Shown: positions 18,328 to 28,073 of the stretch, piece after piece | Numbering within the stretch: the first letter of the stretch is position 1 | Layout of the letters: each line of letters opens with the position of its first letter | Assembly (NCBI GenBank): GCA_903937405.1 | Contig: CAIZZE010000039.1 | Location: forward strand, 3,185-67,184 | DNA: 64,000 bases | Source: an uncultured Alphaproteobacteria bacterium | GTDB lineage: Bacteria; Pseudomonadota; Alphaproteobacteria; Rickettsiales; UBA1997 | Reading direction: 5' to 3' | Notes under the pieces: model-generated | What the model saw: only the letters and a program-made list of their open reading frames with translations | The model's database searches: none | What the model was told of the DNA's origin: nothing | Made by a program: the position numbers and the translations under genes

Positions 18328-18810
18328 GTGACGCTAATAATAATGCCATCCATTGGCTCATTAATGCTCGATTTTGGTAATTTTCTCTCCCTTCACCCCG
18401 CTTTAATTAATGAGGTTGCGGGCCATGCTTTGGCGCACCAGCTTTACAGTCACATTCGTCGTGCTGGTCGTGGTCGAGTTAGCCGCAGACAAGCTAGAAA
18501 AATGTCGAATCGGAAAAGACGTTGGTTCGTAGATAATATCATCATGCATCATAAAAGATTGCATGACAGAAACCGTGAACTCTTAATTTCCAATGCCAGA
18601 ACCCGCGCCCTTGCTAGACGTAAGGCTCAAGAAAAACAACCACCAATGGGAGCATCACCAACTTTACAAAAAGATCGCGATCAACCAATCAAATGGCGCG
18701 ATACCGTGAGCTTAAAACAAAGAGGTGCTGATCTCAGAGGTCGTTCTGATGCTAGAAAATTAAGAGCTAGAAGTAGATGGTTAACGGTTGCAGCGAGCGT
18801 GGCAAGTTAA
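18328..18810 (+). CDS. Hypothetical arginine-rich, highly basic protein (coding status uncertain)
   Basis: 160-aa ORF with a GTG start in the track; ATG alternative at 18343. Local GC is well above the surroundings (I counted 34/60 in 18421-18480). The sequence is rich in R/K runs (RRAGRGRVSRRQARKMSNRKRRW, ARRKAQEK, RKLRARSRW). No recognisable family. Confidence 0.35.
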   Translation: MTLIIMPSIGSLMLDFGNFLSLHPALINEVAGHALAHQLYSHIRRAGRGRVSRRQARKMSNRKRRWFVDNIIMHHKRLHDRNRELLISNARTRALARRKAQEKQPPMGASPTLQKDRDQPIKWRDTVSLKQRGADLRGRSDARKLRARSRWLTVAASVAS

Positions 18811-18853
18811 AAAATAGATTTACAAGAGAAGTTTTAATAGAAAGCTTAAGCAA

Positions 18854-19318
18854 TTAATCGCGATGATAAGGATGGCCTTCAATAATGGTTTGGGCGCGAT
18901 AAAGTTGCTCGGCTAAAACTGAACGCACCATTAAATGAGGTAAAGTCATAAGTCCGAAAGAAACTTTTAAGGAAGATTTTTTTAGAAGTTCTGATGCTAA
19001 ACCATCAGCGCCGCCAATTACGAAAGTTAAATCAGAATCTCCAGCAACAGCAAAATCAGAAATTAATTTAGCAAAATCGCGACTGGCAAATTGTTTGCCT
19101 TTGTCATCAAGTAAAATCATTTTTGAACTTGGTCGCCAAGCTTTTAAAATTAAGGCTCCTTCTCCTTCTTTAATTTTATCAACCGACATGTTTTGGGAAT
19201 TTTTTAATTCCAATTCGCGCAGCTCAACTTTCCATTTCAACCTTTTTAAATAAGTTTCAAAAACAGCTTTATGCGGCGAGTTTTCGAACTTTCCGATGGA
19301 TAAAATTGAGACGCGCAT
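18854..19318 (-). CDS. rlmH: 23S rRNA (pseudouridine1915-N3)-methyltransferase RlmH
   Basis: 154 aa. SPOUT-family pattern ..FVIGGADGL.. with C-terminal ..GHPYHRD. Confidence 0.88.
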   Translation of the reverse strand: MRVSILSIGKFENSPHKAVFETYLKRLKWKVELRELELKNSQNMSVDKIKEGEGALILKAWRPSSKMILLDDKGKQFASRDFAKLISDFAVAGDSDLTFVIGGADGLASELLKKSSLKVSFGLMTLPHLMVRSVLAEQLYRAQTIIEGHPYHRD

Positions 19319-19369
19319 GATTAAAATTATTTTAAATTTAAACTAAGTTTGAATTTAGTTTTATTTGAA

Positions 19370-19403
19370 TTGCTGCGCATGGGATAAACCCGTGCATCCG
19401 CAA
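19370..19403. repeat. Small hairpin repeat, family 4 (TTGCTRCGCA..loop..GTGCATCCGCAA)
   Basis: TTGCTGCGCATGGGATAAACCCGTGCATCCGCAA. The reverse complement of 38118-38153 reads (G)TTGCTACGCACGAAGTAAATTCGTGCATCCGCAA(C), so the flanks are shared but the loop differs. Confidence 0.5.
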
Positions 19404-19472
19404 TAGATTTATTTATTTTAAGGATCTATAATGAAGCTAATTTAGGAATCTGAAATTTAATATTTTAAATAT

Positions 19473-19961
19473 ATGAGAATCGCAATTTATCCCGGAACTT
19501 TTGATCCGATCACTTTTGGTCATCTTGATATTATTAAAAGAGCAAGTGAGCTTTTTGATCATTTGATTATTGCCGCTGCAAAAGATAATTACAAAAATCC
19601 TCTTTTCACGCTGGATGAGAGAGTAAAATTGATTGAGGAAGAAACGCAATTTTTAAATAAGAATAATAATATTACGGTAGAAAAATTTGAAGGTTTGTTG
19701 GTGGAATATGCTAGCAAAAGAAATTCAAAAGTTATTATTCGTGGACTTCGCGCCGTTTCAGATTTTGAATATGAGTTTCAAATGTATGGCATGAATTCGA
19801 AGTTGAATCCCGAAATTCAGACTATTTTTTTACCAGCTTCGGAAACTAATCACTTTATTGCATCGAGATTGGTAAAAGAAGTTGCGAGATTAGGTGGAAA
19901 TATTTCAGGATTTGTTTCACCGAATGTGGAAAAGAAATTGATGGATAAATTAGGAAAATAA
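19473..19961 (+). CDS. coaD: Phosphopantetheine adenylyltransferase
   Basis: 162 aa. AIYPGTFDPITFGHLDII, RGLRAVSDFEYE. Confidence 0.92.
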   Translation: MRIAIYPGTFDPITFGHLDIIKRASELFDHLIIAAAKDNYKNPLFTLDERVKLIEEETQFLNKNNNITVEKFEGLLVEYASKRNSKVIIRGLRAVSDFEYEFQMYGMNSKLNPEIQTIFLPASETNHFIASRLVKEVARLGGNISGFVSPNVEKKLMDKLGK

Positions 19962-19979
19962 CAAACAGAAAATAAAATA

Positions 19980-20966
19980 ATGATTATCAAAGACGAAATT
20001 TGGATACTTGGAGACAACAGACCCGGAACGGTTTCACAAAGTATTGGATTAGCGGAGGAAATTGGGTTTGATTATAAAATTATCAATCTCACTTATAATT
20101 TCTTAGCGTTTTTACCCAATTTTTTATTTAGCCGCTCAATGATTCGATTAACCAAAGATGTCAAAAATAAGTTCCAGAATCTTGATTATCTTCCAAGCAT
20201 TATTATTTCAGCTGGCAGAAGATCTGCGCCAGTAGCGCTTTATTTAAAAAAATTATCCGATAATCGCACAAAAATTGTGCAAATCATGAATCCGAATTTG
20301 AATTTTAATAAATTTGATTTCGTGATTTTACCAAAACATGATGAAGCTGATGAATCTGCACATTCCAATTTAATCACCACAATTGGCGCACTTACCAAAA
20401 CTAACGAAAAATCAATTGCCAAAGAACGCGAAAGATTTGCCACTTGGTTTGCTGAAATTAAAAAACCAAAAATCGCCTTAATGCTTGGCGGCTCTTCTAA
20501 TAAAACCAAATTTACCACCGATTCTGGGATTGAACTAGCCCAAATTATTTCTGAAATTTGCAATAATATGGATGCAACTTTGTTGGTTTTAAACAGCAGA
20601 AGATCGGGCGATGAATTATCGCAAGCAGTAAAATCAAATCTGAATTGTGATTTTAAATTTTTCGACTGGAAAGAAACCAAAAATGAAAATCCTTATCTGG
20701 CAATTTTAGGATATGCTGATTTTTTTGTGATTACCGGCGATTCAGTTTCGATGATTTCAGAATGTTGTTCAACTGGCAAACCAGTTTATATTTTTGATGA
20801 ACAAGAAATTTCTTCCAAAAAACATCACAAGTTTCATCAGAATCTAATTGCCGAAAATTATGCCAAAAAACTTTCACGAAATATTTATGAGCTAGAAAAA
20901 AACTCTTCTTCCAAAAAACTTTTGGAAACAAAAAGAGTGGCAAATTTAATTAGAGCTAAGTTTTAG
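19980..20966 (+). CDS. ELM1 / DUF1022-family protein (predicted GT-B-like, COG3660)
   Basis: 328 aa. The N-terminus ILGDNRPGTVSQSIGLAEEIG resembles the G..nQ..GLAe.lg signature of alphaproteobacterial ELM1-family proteins. Length is typical. Confidence 0.6.
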   Translation: MIIKDEIWILGDNRPGTVSQSIGLAEEIGFDYKIINLTYNFLAFLPNFLFSRSMIRLTKDVKNKFQNLDYLPSIIISAGRRSAPVALYLKKLSDNRTKIVQIMNPNLNFNKFDFVILPKHDEADESAHSNLITTIGALTKTNEKSIAKERERFATWFAEIKKPKIALMLGGSSNKTKFTTDSGIELAQIISEICNNMDATLLVLNSRRSGDELSQAVKSNLNCDFKFFDWKETKNENPYLAILGYADFFVITGDSVSMISECCSTGKPVYIFDEQEISSKKHHKFHQNLIAENYAKKLSRNIYELEKNSSSKKLLETKRVANLIRAKF

Positions 20967-21043
20967 CTTGATTAAGTTCTTGCTGTTTTTAGCATCCCTT
21001 TGAATTTTATTTAAAATAATCCCCAAGCAAATAGTCTCTAGTC

Positions 21044-24000
21044 TTGATCAAGAATTGGTTTAAAAAAATCCAGCATCAGAAAATCTGCGCCAAGACGGCA
21101 ATTTTATTGCTATTTTTTGCCCTTTCTTCTTCCTGCACTGATCAAGGTTGTATTGATGCCAATGATTTTGGTGAATATGAAAGCCAAACAATTGAGGTTT
21201 CTGCCAACTCTCAACAAGAGAAATGTACCTATGATGGCTCGAAAGAACTAACTGATTCAACTCAAGGCAGCGGACTTAAATCATGTCTTGCTTCCGGTAG
21301 CACCACAGTTTATGATGAAAACGGCAATTCTAAAAGCAGCGCTAGCGGCTGCTATGGTTTTAATAATGATGCTGCTTATAAAAATTTATGTGTTACTACC
21401 TGCGTACAGAAATGTTTGTCCGACACTGGAGTTTCTGGAAGTCCTGAACCAGATTGGGTTTCAACCGACAAAAGATCAACTACTGCAAATAGCGGCGTTA
21501 CAATCAGACCTGGATCAGAAATCATTATACGCGCAGTTGGGACAATTCATTTAGGTGATATTATAAGTTATAATCCAATTCATGTTCAAGCTACCAACCC
21601 TATTCCTCATGCAAAAAAGGCAGCTTGGTCAAGTGGATCTACTGATGTATTTTTTGATGTTAGAAACGGACAAACTATTAATTTGAAGTTTAGCGGTTTA
21701 TGGTCTGACGGCACTTATAATGTAGGTTCTGGAGCCGGAACAATTAGCAATGCTACTTATACTGGCGCACGCAAAATTATTGCTTACGTAATTCCTCATC
21801 CAGAGGGTTATAATTTTGACACTTCTCAATCAAGCGAAAAATCCGGAACCAAAGGAGTTCCACTTTTACCTGATGCTCTAGCTTGGACTTGCGACTATAA
21901 TGGCGATTCTTTAACAGAATCAACTTGTCATAATACTTCTTACACCGCTTATCCAGCCGAATATACCAATGCTAATAACTCTTTAGCCAAAGATGTATTT
22001 CCTTTATCTTCTGAAGACGCAACTGCTATTCTTACATCTTATGGCGGTATTATTCGTTGGACCGGAGATAACTTAACTTCTTTCACCGACGACGATGTTT
22101 TCAAAAATTCTAATATAGCTTGCAATATCAACGGAGAATGCAACAACTTAGGTAACATTAAATCAACTTCAGGGAAAATTCTTGGAGATCTTTCCGCTAC
22201 CCCAGTCACAATTGAAAATCCTACTTCTGATACTGCTTTCCGAGTTTCATTCAAGTCTCTTCTAACTGACAATTCCTCCTGCAATGTTACATTAAAAGTT
22301 AAAGATAGTAACGATGTTGAATACTCAACCGCAGTTACAAATAGCGGTTGGAGCGACGATAAAGAAATTCCACTTGAAGTTGGAAAAACACTTTCGGTCG
22401 CACAACTTGATTCCCTTGGCAATTGTGGCAAAGCTATTGGGGTTAGATTTAATAAATACCACGAATTAAAAATGCAAAAATCTGGTTTTGTCAAATTTAC
22501 CATGCTTAACGGCAGCGGCAGCAGTACTTGCAAAATTAAGGCTCGCATCATGAATCCGAAAGGAACTTTTGATAATGACCCTTCTAAAAGTGACATCTAT
22601 GAATATGATGATTTCGCTACGGCAACATCCAAAGATCCCCTTGCCGATTTAACCGTATCTGCATCTGCAACAAACCCGATAAATTGGTCAGAGTTATCTT
22701 TTGTTAGAAAAGGACAAATAATCCGCTTCTCACCTAAGAGTTGGGATGGAACATGGACAACAAGTGTTGGACCCCGCCAGTGTGGTATTGGAATGGCAAT
22801 GATGATTGAACCAAGACCAGCATTACTTTGCAAAGGAACAGCCACTGATTATGTTTTAAATACAGCATGCACCCAAGAATATAATAGTAGCGGAACATTA
22901 ATCGGCTGCAAAGCATATGCCAGCGAATGTTCTGACAGCGCATCTACAGCTAATTATTGTCCACTTACTAATTGCCAATCAACCGTAACTTGTCCTGACG
23001 GCGTTTATCCTCTTTATCAGAAAGGAGCCTGTACATTAACAGCACCAACCATAGTTGCCTGCCCTTCAGCCTCTTATACTGACACCATCACTTCTACAAC
23101 CTGCACCGCTTGCTCTAAAAAGATGAAAGATAATGCTGAACGGGCAGGTAAAGTTGAAGTAAATAACATGATTCAATGTTACGACCTGGAAAATTACACC
23201 AGCAAAGTATCATCAATTCAGGAAACTGGATATACCGATGCAGAACTTGCAAATCCACTAATTACCAAAGGCCTTGCCAAAATTAGTGCGTTTAATGGCA
23301 GTTATGGAAATCTTGAAAACTTTGTTGATTCTGGAAACCGCGATTCAAACGGCAATAATAAAATCTTCCAACTCAAGCAACCTCTGACTTTTGGAACAGA
23401 AGGCAGGTTAAGATTTTTTATGCTTGATGGTTCTGATTTTAATGGTAATGATGGCGCCTATGATGCCTACGAAAACAACACTGAAAGTGGTAACTCTTAT
23501 ACCGGCTCCAATGGTTTTAAAATCAGTCTGTCCGGAATGCTTGATTTTGCTAACGGTCAATGGTTGCAAGCGCGTTTATGCTCAGAAGATAATGATAGTG
23601 GAATACTTTGTAAAAACTCCAATCCGATTTCTGTTAGCGATCAACCACAATTAATTGAGATCACTCCAACTGACGGCGCAACGCCAGCGGGAACTCCACC
23701 AAATATTTTAACAAGTTACGGATTTGATGGCTATGGCAATATCATACGCAATGATAATAATCTTTTAGTTGTTGACGGAACCACCAAGGATTGTACTGCA
23801 AATAATAATGGCGTTGCCTCAGTTGCTGGCGCTAACTTCTACTGTCATACTTACCAATATTTTTCTGCCTCTGCCCTAAAAGCAAAATCAAAGAGTGATC
23901 AAAGTTCTATTGAAAGCTCAATCCAAAAATTAAGACTAACTTTCAAGATTCTGGATCCTGAAGTTACCAATTGTAATATCTCTAGTGGAGTAGATGCTAC

Positions 24001-27000
24001 TGGAGTAGATGCTACTGGTAGCAAACTTGCAAATCCAGCTTATCGCCCAAATAGCTGCAAAGTTAATGCAGGTAGCTCTGCAAACGACGGTTATTATTCA
24101 GCATCTGATGGCACGTGCGAATCAAACTCTTCAAATACCGGCTCCACTTGTAGCGCCAATGACTTAGCTGGATCCTGCATAAAACAATATTACTGCGCCA
24201 ACAAATATGGTAATAATAGTGGCTCATATTTCGTTAACGTTAAAGTAAAAAGTGAAGTTAGCGGCACCATTTCCAGCATTATTGGCGGAGTGATTACTCC
24301 TGTAATTGAAGTTATGGATGGCCCAAAAACACGTAACTGCAGCACAACTGGCAACATTTTCTCAAACGATGGCGTAAGAACTAATAATTCTTTATATGTC
24401 GCAAGCATATCTAACACCGGTGCCACCTGCGTTGCAAGCGATGGCAATGAGTGCACTAAACAATATTATTGCAAAAAAGCGAGCCTTGGTCAGGCAGAAA
24501 GAGTTTATAAACTGGTCATTGCTGATGCCAAATTCAAGGCAATCGTAACCATGTGCTTCGTAGTGATGTTTAGCTTTTACGGCGTTGGCTATCTAATGGG
24601 AACCAGTGAATTAAATCACTCCGAGATTATGAATCGCATCATCAAGATCGGTATAATCTATCTCTTTATTGGCGAAACCGGTTGGGACTGGTTCAATAAT
24701 TTAGTAGTGAGGTTCTTTAAAAATGGTACCGACTACCTTGCCTTCATGATGGCATCATCCTTTGACAGCTCAAGTAATCACGCCGTCTCTGACGCAATCG
24801 CCAATAGTGATTATTATGATAAATCTGTTCTTTTCAGCAGCGTCGATAATGTTTTCAGCATGTTCTTCTCTCAAGCTGTTCAGAAAAAAGTTTCCGCTTT
24901 GTTATTTGCCAGCATCTTCGGTTGGGCCTACTTAATCATCATCTATCAAAGCTTCATGCTTTATGTTTACTCAGTTGCAAATGCCGTATTACTCTATTTA
25001 ACCGCGCAGGTATTTATCTCAATCCTCTTCACTTTAGGTCCAATATTCCTCATATTCACACTCTTCAATCAGACTAAGGAAATGTTTGATAATTGGCTCA
25101 AGCAATTGATCGCCTTCTCGCTACAACAAATTTTCTTACTCACCACTCTCGCCTTCTTCAACATGTTAATGTATGAAGTTATTAAACTTTCGCTTGGTTA
25201 CAAAATCTGCTGGGATGAAGTCTGGACCATTAACATCATCACCCGCATAACATTATTATCATTCTGGACAATTGCTTCGTTGCCAGCAAGAACCAATGCC
25301 CAATCTGATGTTGGAAACATTGGAAACCCAGAAGGAATTCCATCATTATTTTCAATTCTCTTTATTTGGGTAATTGCATCACTAATGAATAAATTCATTG
25401 GCTTTATGACAGATCTTGCCGCTTCAATTAGTGGCGGTTTATCAGCCAGTTCACTTGGCAAAGGCATTGCTGATGCAGTTAAAGGAGCTAGCGATATGGC
25501 TAAAAAAGGCCGTCAAGATTTATGGAACAAAACTGGTGGTCAAGCCATACAAAGAATGGATAAAGCTCTTTTTGATTCTGGAGCCATGGCTGATAAGGAA
25601 CGCGACGCCCGCAAAGCCAATAATGCTAAAGACTTCTCAAATAAAAGTGCCCTGGCAAAAGCTGGTAACAAAGCTAAAAAGGATTATATTGATAAAAATA
25701 AAGTCGCCCTTTCCGGCATGAGTAAAGAAGAGCAAAGAAAAACACTGAAAGGTGTTGAAGATGCAGCTCAAACCAAAGCAGGCAAAGATCTTGGCTTGAA
25801 TAATGAGGACATTGATAGATTGAAAAATGACAAAGGCTTCAAATTCGAAGGAGATACTCTTGGTGGAGCTGCTGCCAGCACTCTTAAACAAAGATTCATG
25901 GGCGGTAAAACTCTCAATGAGTCTTTAAGTGACAAATCATCAGATCTTAAACTTTCTGTTGCTCAAGCTTCAGGAAAAGGCTTGAGCACCGAAGATGCTA
26001 AAACACTCAAAGATAATATTGCCAAAGGCAATGTTGATGTCGAAAAAAATACTGCCGCAAAACTTTCAGATGCAGCTAAAACCGTCAGTGGCGCAACTGG
26101 AGCGGTAGGCGGCGCAATGAGTAGTGCAGCAAGTGGCGCGAAAGCTCTTGCAACAAGCTCAGAAGCAAGACAAAAAGCAGCAACAGCAGCGAAAGGAGCT
26201 ATAAAAGGAGGGTTATCAAGTGCCGGTGGCGCAGTTAGTAGCGCGGCCACAAGTACGGGCAATGCAATCTCAGGAGCAGCATCAAGCGCAGCAACGACAG
26301 TAAGTGGCGCTGCTTCTAGAGCTAAAGATTCAGTTGTTACTGGAGCTAAACTTGCCGTAAACGATCCAAAAGAAGCCGTAAAAATTGCCGCTGGAGCAGC
26401 AAAAACGGCTGTCACTGCGCCATTGAAAGCAGCTGCTGGAGTAGTATCAAGTGCAGCAAATGCAATGTCATCAGCCGCTGATACTGCTGAAAAAATGGCA
26501 GATTCAAAAGGTTATGAAGCAACTAAACAATTAGAAAAAGAAGGTGCTATTAATAGAATGGCCGCAGGAACAAATTTTGCTCGTCCAGATGAAGAGAAGA
26601 AGATGATTCAAGACAGAGTGAAACAAAATGAAAATGAGAAAAAATCTCAAATCAAAACACCTGATTTAAATACCATGACCGGCATCGCCAAAGAAGAAGC
26701 TTATAATAAAGAAATTGCCGCGATTGATCCAAATGCCAGACTCTCTGAACAAATAGGAGCAAGAATGACAGCTGCAGCCAAAAGATATAACCCAATGGGC
26801 AAACAAAGTGCAGAAACCAAAAAAGACTTGCTCAAAGCCGCCCAGGAACAAGGAAAAGAAAAACTGGTCACAGTTAAAGGTGAAAAAGGTAATTTAGAAA
26901 AAGGTCGCGCAACTGCGATGGAAGATTACGATAAAGCTACTGACGCAGTTGAAGATTATAAAAAACAACCTGAATTCACAGAAAGAGCTGAGTTAGTAAA

Positions 27001-28066
27001 AGAACTAACTGAAAAAGCTCAAAAAACTCATGAAGGTGTTACCGGTACTTTACCAAGAATCTTCAACTCTGCCGCCAGAAAAGAAGATAAGGAAGCTAGA
27101 AAAGCTCAATTCGAACTCAGACGAATGGGTGGTGCTGAAGATTCAAAACTTGCCAAACTTACCAAAAAACAAGATTTGGCCGGTGCTGCTGTCAGACAAA
27201 TCGATACCAAGTTGGCCAATGTTGAAGAGAAACTTAAGGCAACAGAAGAATTTGACACCGCAGCAACAACCGCTAGTGAAATTAGCGAAGAAGGTCAACA
27301 AAGAGCTGATTTACTGAACAATAAGGAGGAAGAGCTAAAAAAATCAGAAGAAACAACATCAGAAACCATGAATCCACTTAATACTTCTACAAATGATGGA
27401 TCAACGACAGGAACAGCAGCAGGAGGAGGAACAACAGGAGGAGGATCAACCACCAGCGGTTCTACAACTTCAGGAACTGGCACAGCAGCACCTAGAAATA
27501 AAAATATTTCCAACTTTATAGATAACCAAACTGGAGCTGTACAAACAATAGCCGATAAAAAAACTGCCGCCAAAGAAAAAGTAGCAATGGCAACGACAAC
27601 AAAAGAAGAAGCTGCCAAAGAACGCCCTCCTCTTATGAAAAGAATGGCTGATAAATTAACCTTAACCGGCAAATTAGATCCTAAAGAACAATCCTATCAA
27701 AATGCTGTCAAAGAAGAAAAGGAAAGCAAAAAAGAATTAGATAACGTGAAGAGACTTGGCAATGCAGTTGAAAAAGCTGATGCTCTTTCAAACCACGCCA
27801 GAGACTTAATGGCAAAAGAAGATGCAGCAAGAGACACAGACTCTAAAAACCAAACTCCATATAGCGGATCTTATCAACGCGCTGAAAAATTAGTTAAAGA
27901 ATATGACAACTTGAAATCGCCAGAAGACGCAGAAAAATTTGTGAAAGAGCAAGAGGAAAGATCAAAAGCAATTGCCAAAGCTAGTGAAGACTTAGACTCA
28001 CCTGAAGAATTCAAAAAATTCGCCGAAAGGTTTGATGGATATAATGGCAAAGATGAAGATAAATAG
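21044..28066 (+). CDS. Giant (2340 aa) envelope protein: lipoprotein-like signal, ~1150-aa Cys-rich ectodomain, VirB6/TrbL-like polytopic membrane domain, and ~890-aa Ala/Lys/Glu-rich low-complexity tail
   Basis: TTG start in the track. N-terminus ..AILLLFFALSSSC|TDQGC. I counted ~43 Cys in aa 1-1160. Hydrophobic segments span roughly aa 1166-1452 (nt ~24540-25400) and include FTLGPIFLIFTLFNQTKEMFDNWLKQLIAFSLQQIF. That matches the LGPiF..lLF..T...F..W...L pattern I associate with TrbL/VirB6 (PF04610). The tail is low complexity (AAKTVSGATGAVGGAMSSAASGAK..., KE/KA-rich, TTGGGSTTSGSTTSG). Confidence 0.6.
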   Translation: MIKNWFKKIQHQKICAKTAILLLFFALSSSCTDQGCIDANDFGEYESQTIEVSANSQQEKCTYDGSKELTDSTQGSGLKSCLASGSTTVYDENGNSKSSASGCYGFNNDAAYKNLCVTTCVQKCLSDTGVSGSPEPDWVSTDKRSTTANSGVTIRPGSEIIIRAVGTIHLGDIISYNPIHVQATNPIPHAKKAAWSSGSTDVFFDVRNGQTINLKFSGLWSDGTYNVGSGAGTISNATYTGARKIIAYVIPHPEGYNFDTSQSSEKSGTKGVPLLPDALAWTCDYNGDSLTESTCHNTSYTAYPAEYTNANNSLAKDVFPLSSEDATAILTSYGGIIRWTGDNLTSFTDDDVFKNSNIACNINGECNNLGNIKSTSGKILGDLSATPVTIENPTSDTAFRVSFKSLLTDNSSCNVTLKVKDSNDVEYSTAVTNSGWSDDKEIPLEVGKTLSVAQLDSLGNCGKAIGVRFNKYHELKMQKSGFVKFTMLNGSGSSTCKIKARIMNPKGTFDNDPSKSDIYEYDDFATATSKDPLADLTVSASATNPINWSELSFVRKGQIIRFSPKSWDGTWTTSVGPRQCGIGMAMMIEPRPALLCKGTATDYVLNTACTQEYNSSGTLIGCKAYASECSDSASTANYCPLTNCQSTVTCPDGVYPLYQKGACTLTAPTIVACPSASYTDTITSTTCTACSKKMKDNAERAGKVEVNNMIQCYDLENYTSKVSSIQETGYTDAELANPLITKGLAKISAFNGSYGNLENFVDSGNRDSNGNNKIFQLKQPLTFGTEGRLRFFMLDGSDFNGNDGAYDAYENNTESGNSYTGSNGFKISLSGMLDFANGQWLQARLCSEDNDSGILCKNSNPISVSDQPQLIEITPTDGATPAGTPPNILTSYGFDGYGNIIRNDNNLLVVDGTTKDCTANNNGVASVAGANFYCHTYQYFSASALKAKSKSDQSSIESSIQKLRLTFKILDPEVTNCNISSGVDATGVDATGSKLANPAYRPNSCKVNAGSSANDGYYSASDGTCESNSSNTGSTCSANDLAGSCIKQYYCANKYGNNSGSYFVNVKVKSEVSGTISSIIGGVITPVIEVMDGPKTRNCSTTGNIFSNDGVRTNNSLYVASISNTGATCVASDGNECTKQYYCKKASLGQAERVYKLVIADAKFKAIVTMCFVVMFSFYGVGYLMGTSELNHSEIMNRIIKIGIIYLFIGETGWDWFNNLVVRFFKNGTDYLAFMMASSFDSSSNHAVSDAIANSDYYDKSVLFSSVDNVFSMFFSQAVQKKVSALLFASIFGWAYLIIIYQSFMLYVYSVANAVLLYLTAQVFISILFTLGPIFLIFTLFNQTKEMFDNWLKQLIAFSLQQIFLLTTLAFFNMLMYEVIKLSLGYKICWDEVWTINIITRITLLSFWTIASLPARTNAQSDVGNIGNPEGIPSLFSILFIWVIASLMNKFIGFMTDLAASISGGLSASSLGKGIADAVKGASDMAKKGRQDLWNKTGGQAIQRMDKALFDSGAMADKERDARKANNAKDFSNKSALAKAGNKAKKDYIDKNKVALSGMSKEEQRKTLKGVEDAAQTKAGKDLGLNNEDIDRLKNDKGFKFEGDTLGGAAASTLKQRFMGGKTLNESLSDKSSDLKLSVAQASGKGLSTEDAKTLKDNIAKGNVDVEKNTAAKLSDAAKTVSGATGAVGGAMSSAASGAKALATSSEARQKAATAAKGAIKGGLSSAGGAVSSAATSTGNAISGAASSAATTVSGAASRAKDSVVTGAKLAVNDPKEAVKIAAGAAKTAVTAPLKAAAGVVSSAANAMSSAADTAEKMADSKGYEATKQLEKEGAINRMAAGTNFARPDEEKKMIQDRVKQNENEKKSQIKTPDLNTMTGIAKEEAYNKEIAAIDPNARLSEQIGARMTAAAKRYNPMGKQSAETKKDLLKAAQEQGKEKLVTVKGEKGNLEKGRATAMEDYDKATDAVEDYKKQPEFTERAELVKELTEKAQKTHEGVTGTLPRIFNSAARKEDKEARKAQFELRRMGGAEDSKLAKLTKKQDLAGAAVRQIDTKLANVEEKLKATEEFDTAATTASEISEEGQQRADLLNNKEEELKKSEETTSETMNPLNTSTNDGSTTGTAAGGGTTGGGSTTSGSTTSGTGTAAPRNKNISNFIDNQTGAVQTIADKKTAAKEKVAMATTTKEEAAKERPPLMKRMADKLTLTGKLDPKEQSYQNAVKEEKESKKELDNVKRLGNAVEKADALSNHARDLMAKEDAARDTDSKNQTPYSGSYQRAEKLVKEYDNLKSPEDAEKFVKEQEERSKAIAKASEDLDSPEEFKKFAERFDGYNGKDEDK

Positions 28067-28073
28067 AAAATTT

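Noticed and set aside
18328-18810. Interpreting the GC-rich segment as RNase P RNA or tmRNA
   Set aside because: I searched both strands by eye for GAGGAAAGTCCGGGC, AGGGTGAAAGGGTG, ACAGAACCCGGCTTA, a tRNA-like 3' end and an ANDN-type tag frame. Only a partial CAGAACCCG match turned up. It is kept as an uncertain CDS and flagged as a finding.
22039-27672. Antisense and off-frame ORFs inside the giant gene (for example 22039..22596, 24190..24456, 25963..26415, 27295..27672 on the minus strand; 25416..25721, 27030..27317 on the plus strand)
   Set aside because: They lie wholly within the 7-kb ORF and have low-complexity, mirror-image composition (for example Ala/Pro/Val runs opposite the Ala/Ser/Gly tail). 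They have no independent signals. Such ORFs are expected by chance opposite a long, biased ORF.
21044-28066. Reading the giant protein as an autotransporter, RTX toxin or repeat adhesin
   Set aside because: There is no C-terminal beta-barrel-like alternating pattern, no GGxGxD nonapeptide repeats and no long identical tandem domains. The central block is alpha-helical polytopic with a TrbL/VirB6-like motif, which those classes lack.
28032-28073. Upstream start (28032) for the pilin-like gene, overlapping the giant gene by 35 nt
   Set aside because: Prepilin leaders are short and basic. ATG at 28074 gives a 9-aa leader directly before FTIIE, whereas the 28032 start would add 14 residues with no supporting feature.
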